A program made the translations under genes and the position numbers. DNA of 64,000 bases from contig JAKBGA010000001.1 in assembly GCA_021833245.1 (NCBI GenBank), positions 7,466-71,465 on the forward strand, written 5' to 3'. Each line of letters starts with the position of its first letter. Position 1 is the first letter of the stretch. Positions 59,705 through 64,000 of the stretch are shown here, piece after piece. The DNA comes from a bacterium (lineage in GTDB: Bacteria; Patescibacteriota; Minisyncoccia; Phycocordibacterales; Phycocordibacteraceae). The notes under the pieces were generated by a model that saw only the letters and a program-made list of their open reading frames with translations, was not told the origin of the DNA and searched no databases.

Positions 59705-60562
59705 ATGTCTGAAAAATACCCTATTTACCGAGACCCTGAACACATGCGAATGTTTGAGAGTTCATACTTGCGCCTAGATGAGGCTCATGAGCGTGCAAAA
59801 GTAGTTCTGACTGAGAACGAAATAAAACTCGAAAGGTTCGTTGGTTTATATGATGAAAATGTTCTTGCACGTGATGCTGAGAAAGTGAGGCGCCTTAAGG
59901 AAGGGTTTGAATCGTCACCAAGCAAAGCTTATGCCGATATTTTCGAAGCCATTGTCTGCGAACACGGGGAATTGAGCGATTGGTTCGGCTCAGGATGCGA
60001 GATTATTAAGACATCTCTTTTCGATGATTACGTGAACGGAATTGACATGGTTGCCGAGATCAAGGGAGAGCATCAAGGATTCTCGCATTTAGCTCTCGGC
60101 ATTGATGTGACATTCGGAAGCAAAGATCTGCGCAAAAAATTTGATCCGATACGCGCTGGAATAGATAAGGGCCATCTAGGGGAGATAAAATATTTTTATA
60201 CTGAACGCCAACATTATAGGGCACACTTGGAGAAGGTACCGCAAGTGGTGGTAGGAGTTGAAATAGAGAGGTTAAAAGATCTCGCTCTTTTATGGATGAA
60301 TAGAAAGAATAAAGAGTTAAGTAGACACCCAGCTCAAATTATAATCCTTGAAGAAATCGCCTTACAACTTGAAACCTTCGAGAGTTACGCCAAGAAAAGT
60401 GATAGGCGAGAGGTAAAAAGTTTAGCTCCTATCATGGAAAGAGAATTGTGGAAAATACGTGGGCTTCTTGAAGAGAAAAAGAAGAATGGAATTGTAGGAG
60501 TGAAAGGTGATAGGGTTTTTGAAGAGATACGCAGAAACCTGCATTCCTTCATGCCGATTTAA
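59705..60562 (+). CDS. Hypothetical protein, possible PD-(D/E)xK-like fold
   Basis: 285-aa ORF with TATAAT 8 nt upstream; DDYVNGID..LGIDVT. Confidence 0.65.
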   Translation: MSEKYPIYRDPEHMRMFESSYLRLDEAHERAKVVLTENEIKLERFVGLYDENVLARDAEKVRRLKEGFESSPSKAYADIFEAIVCEHGELSDWFGSGCEIIKTSLFDDYVNGIDMVAEIKGEHQGFSHLALGIDVTFGSKDLRKKFDPIRAGIDKGHLGEIKYFYTERQHYRAHLEKVPQVVVGVEIERLKDLALLWMNRKNKELSRHPAQIIILEEIALQLETFESYAKKSDRREVKSLAPIMERELWKIRGLLEEKKKNGIVGVKGDRVFEEIRRNLHSFMPI

Positions 60563-60667
60563 TTTTAATAACACATAATACTTTTACCATCACTCATATC
60601 TAGATGAAGAAGGTGTTGTGAAATGCGTCATCTTGACGGAGTAGAACACGCTATACTGTGACATAAT

Positions 60668-62416
60668 ATGCACGTCATGGGGGAAGAAATAAAAGAGTTC
60701 ATCATCGATTCTGGGCTTGTTGCTAAGAAGGACATTGACGCTGCTATCGATGAGTCAAAGAAACGTGGGCAATCTCTTGGTGACGTACTCGTTTCGCGCG
60801 GCTCTCTAAGTGAAGACGCGCTTCGACGTATTCAGGCATACATGCTTGGTATCCCATTTGTAAATTTAAAAGAACATCATATTCCAATTGATATTCTTGC
60901 CCTCATTCCAGAACCAATTGCGCGCACACATAATATTATTGCATTCAAAAAGGATAATGGGTCACTTGAGGTCGCAATGCTTGATGTCGAAGACATCGCC
61001 TCAATAGATTCGGTACGAAAAAAGACTGGTCTTAAAATACTCCCACGATTGACTGATACAGAGAGCATAAAATATGCGCTTCTACAATATCAAAAATCTC
61101 TAAAAGATGAGTTTGGAGATATCATATCGACTGAGGCTGGAAAGATTCACATTGTTTCTCAGGATGGGAAGGAGCTCTCGGGTGAGGAACTAAAAAAAAT
61201 GGCCGAGGATCTGCCGATCGTACGTATCGTCGATACACTTCTAAGACACGCCGTTGTGCAAGGTGCTTCAGATATTCATATTGAGCCGATGGAGGATGAG
61301 GTATTAGTTCGCTATCGTATAGATGGCATGCTTCATGACGCAATGACGCTTCCATCTGCTGCTGCCGCTGGTATCGTCGCGCGCATCAAGGTGCTTTCAA
61401 ACCTAAAGCTTGATGAAAAACGTCTTCCACAAGATGGACGTTTCAAGATGGAAACTGAGAACGATCGCGTCTCCTTCCGCGTCTCAATCCTTCCGACATT
61501 CTTTGGCGAGAAAACAGTCATGCGTCTTTTGCGTGAGACCGGTGAAGGATTCACGCTTGACGTGCTCGGTCTTCACGGCGAAAACATGGAGCGAATTCAT
61601 CGAGCGCTTACACAAACAACTGGCATTATTCTCGTCTCAGGACCAACTGGTTCTGGTAAAACAACGACACTTTATACCATGCTCGATATCCTGAATCGAC
61701 CAGACGTCAACATATCGACGATTGAAGACCCGATTGAGTACCAAATGAAACGCATTAATCAAACGCAAGTGAATCCGCAAATAGGATTCACGTTCGCAAA
61801 TGGACTTCGATCGCTTGTACGCCAGGATCCTGATATTATTATGGTCGGCGAAATTCGTGATAATGAGACAGCATCGCTCGCGATTAATGCAGCCCTCACA
61901 GGCCATCTCGTACTCTCAACGATACACACCAACAACGCCGCGGGCGCCATTCCACGCCTTATCGATATGGGTGTTGAACCTTTTCTCCTCGTTTCTACTA
62001 TTCGGGTCATCATCGGACAGCGCCTTGTGCGTAAATTCTGTGAAGAAAAAGAAGAATACGCGATGGACAAAATCACACGTGCGAAAATCGCAAATGATGC
62101 TGAATTTAATGCAGCGTTTAAAGTGCTTCAGGACGAAAAACTTGTGAGAAAGGGGTCATCGCTTGATGAACTTCGTTTTTATCGACCCATTCCTTCAGCC
62201 GAATGCGAGGATGGCTACAAGACTCGCATCGGTATTCATGAAGTGCTCACCGTCTCATCTGCAATCCGGGAAATCATCCTGCATTCAAGTACGAGCGAGG
62301 CGATCGAGGAGCAAGCGAAGAAAGAAGGTATGCTCACCATGTTTGAGGATGGCCTTTACAAAGCAGCGCGCGGCATCACAAGTCTTGAGGAAGTTTTGCG
62401 TGCGGTAACCGAATAA
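60668..62416 (+). CDS. pilB: Type IV pilus assembly ATPase (PilB/GspE family)
   Basis: ASDIHIEP, LPQDGR, GPTGSGKT, EDPIE, RQDPD, TGHLVLSTIHTN. Confidence 0.92.
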   Translation: MHVMGEEIKEFIIDSGLVAKKDIDAAIDESKKRGQSLGDVLVSRGSLSEDALRRIQAYMLGIPFVNLKEHHIPIDILALIPEPIARTHNIIAFKKDNGSLEVAMLDVEDIASIDSVRKKTGLKILPRLTDTESIKYALLQYQKSLKDEFGDIISTEAGKIHIVSQDGKELSGEELKKMAEDLPIVRIVDTLLRHAVVQGASDIHIEPMEDEVLVRYRIDGMLHDAMTLPSAAAAGIVARIKVLSNLKLDEKRLPQDGRFKMETENDRVSFRVSILPTFFGEKTVMRLLRETGEGFTLDVLGLHGENMERIHRALTQTTGIILVSGPTGSGKTTTLYTMLDILNRPDVNISTIEDPIEYQMKRINQTQVNPQIGFTFANGLRSLVRQDPDIIMVGEIRDNETASLAINAALTGHLVLSTIHTNNAAGAIPRLIDMGVEPFLLVSTIRVIIGQRLVRKFCEEKEEYAMDKITRAKIANDAEFNAAFKVLQDEKLVRKGSSLDELRFYRPIPSAECEDGYKTRIGIHEVLTVSSAIREIILHSSTSEAIEEQAKKEGMLTMFEDGLYKAARGITSLEEVLRAVTE

Positions 62417-62418
62417 GC

Positions 62419-63633
62419 ATGAAGTTTCATGTGACTATAAGAAAGGGCGGTACATCAGATGAGGTGCGCGCTGTCGAGGCATCCTCGCGCTTCGCAGTGT
62501 ATGACCAAGTACAGAAAGAAGGAGGCACGGTTATAGAACTTGAGGAGGATGCTGAGAAACTTGCGCTTCCCGCATGGCTCAATATCTCTATTGGCACAGG
62601 TGTGAAACGCGCTGAAATAATCAGATTGGCTCGAAATCTTTCTGCAATGCTCAATGCCGGCCTACCACTTTCTCGAGCACTTTCAGTTATCGAACGACAA
62701 TCGGGTAATAAACATTTAAAGATAATCGTCGCGAAAATTTCCGACTCTATTAAAAAAGGTTCCTCGTTCCATGAGGCATTGGCCGTCTATCCGAAAATAT
62801 TTCCTGAACTTTTTATTGCTATGGTAAGGGCAGGCGAAGAATCAGGTTCTCTCACCGATGCACTTAATGTTGTCGCGATTCAGATGGAACGCTCAGAGAC
62901 ATTGGTGCGGAAAATAAAGGGTGCCATGATTTACCCATCAATCGTTATCACCGCAATAATTATTGTCGGTATTCTCATGCTGATTTTCGTCGTACCAACG
63001 CTGACGAGTACCTTTACCGAACTTCATGTGCCACTGCCGTTTGCTACTCGCGTTATTGTTGCCGTATCAAATTTTACAGTTGCCAATGTTGCATTTTTGT
63101 TCCCCGTGCTCATTGTACTTGTTGTTGGGGGTATTACGTTCGTTCGCTCTAGAGTAGGTAGCAATGTCATACTCTCAGGTGCACTTTATCTACCAGTCGT
63201 GAACGAACTCATACGTGAGACCTACACTGCACGTGCATCCCGTACACTCTCCTCTCTTCTTTCCTCTGGTGTTCCAGTACTTGAGGCACTCTCCATAACA
63301 AAAGACGTTGTGCACGCGACTGCCTTTGCAGCTGTAATAAGTGAAGCAGAAGAGCGTGTTAAGAAAGGTGAACTTTTATCAACTGCGTTCGCAGAGAACA
63401 CAAAACTTTATCCAGTTCTAATGGGTGACATGCTTTCGGTTGGAGAGGAGACCGGAAAAGTTGCTGAGATGCTGAAACAGATTGCCGAATTTTATGAAGA
63501 GGATGTCGCAGAAAAAACGAAAGACCTTTCGACTATCATCGAGCCGGTTCTCATGTTGTTTATCGGTACTATTGTTGGTATTTTCGCTGTCGCAATGATC
63601 GCGCCGATTTACTCTCTGTCATCTGCCTTCTAA
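62419..63633 (+). CDS. pilC: Type IV pilus platform protein (PilC/GspF)
   Basis: AGEESG, AMIYP, VGEETG, IIEP. Confidence 0.92.
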   Translation: MKFHVTIRKGGTSDEVRAVEASSRFAVYDQVQKEGGTVIELEEDAEKLALPAWLNISIGTGVKRAEIIRLARNLSAMLNAGLPLSRALSVIERQSGNKHLKIIVAKISDSIKKGSSFHEALAVYPKIFPELFIAMVRAGEESGSLTDALNVVAIQMERSETLVRKIKGAMIYPSIVITAIIIVGILMLIFVVPTLTSTFTELHVPLPFATRVIVAVSNFTVANVAFLFPVLIVLVVGGITFVRSRVGSNVILSGALYLPVVNELIRETYTARASRTLSSLLSSGVPVLEALSITKDVVHATAFAAVISEAEERVKKGELLSTAFAENTKLYPVLMGDMLSVGEETGKVAEMLKQIAEFYEEDVAEKTKDLSTIIEPVLMLFIGTIVGIFAVAMIAPIYSLSSAF

Positions 63634-63634
63634 T

Positions 63635-64000
63635 ATGCACTCGCCACGCGGATTCACACTCATAGAAGTCATTGTGTCAATATTTTTTGTTGGTATTGCC
63701 TTGATCATATTGCAATCGATCATTAGAAGTGACGTTCTTGTGCAAACTTCGAAAGATGAGGGTATAGCGCTCGCTATCGCTAGTGATGAACTTGAAAAGT
63801 TACGTATAAATGGATACACGTCACTTCCTCCAAGCGGCTCATTTTCAACGAGTTTAATGAGTACACTTCCTTCCGCAACTACCACACTCGTAGTTAATGT
63901 GTACAATGCAGGAACAGATCAGGTAACCGCGAGCGTCTTGTGGCAAGAACCTGGTTTAACTGCATCAAGTACGATTTCACTGTCAACACTTATTACACAG
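63635..64000 (+). CDS. Prepilin-type N-terminal cleavage protein (minor pilin), runs off window
   Basis: MHSPRG/FTLIEVIVSIFFVGIAL class III signal peptide. Confidence 0.88.
   Translation, partial: MHSPRGFTLIEVIVSIFFVGIALIILQSIIRSDVLVQTSKDEGIALAIASDELEKLRINGYTSLPPSGSFSTSLMSTLPSATTTLVVNVYNAGTDQVTASVLWQEPGLTASSTISLSTLITQ

Noticed and set aside
123-63906. Many antisense or overlapping ORFs in the track (e.g. 5985-6416, 6711-7238, 24752-25486, 63619-63906)
   Set aside because: Shadows of well-supported genes, with no motifs or expression signals
1-64000. Alternative genetic code (UGA=Gly, as in Gracilibacteria/SR1)
   Set aside because: Conserved genes are uninterrupted and several (ndk, adk, rpsQ, rny, cca) end at TGA
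1-64000. Diversity-generating retroelement, retron or intron
   Set aside because: No reverse transcriptase, and I saw no template/variable repeat pair or split gene

Overview
Core chromosome of a small-genome bacterium with Patescibacteria/CPR (Parcubacteria-like) hallmarks: no rpmD (L30) between rpsE and rplO, mostly SD-less or leaderless genes, VirB6-like membrane proteins and a type IV pilus locus. TGA is used as a stop codon (code 11). The window holds DNA repair genes (mutY, nth, xth, pcrA), infC-rpmI-rplT, a compact 6S RNA, the str/S10/spc ribosomal superoperon on the minus strand, a putative secretion/surface cluster (30.8-36.7 kb), cca, four tRNAs, rny, clpP, ppa, nusA and pilB-pilC-pilin. 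Most notable signals: (1) the ribosomal superoperon is broken at five junctions by cargo DNA, and sigma70-type promoters restart it at four of them; several r-protein leaders share a hairpin + U-rich, SD-free design, while the cargo genes carry SD motifs; (2) five parS-like palindromes lie in and beside cca, 2-3 kb from a DnaA-box cluster that overlaps the promoter of an apparently inactive endonuclease VII-fold gene (candidate origin region without dnaA/parAB); (3) a tRNA-Pro lacks the near-universal U8/A14; (4) one N-terminal module is shared by two unrelated membrane proteins. All calls were made by eye; no searches or folding programs were run.
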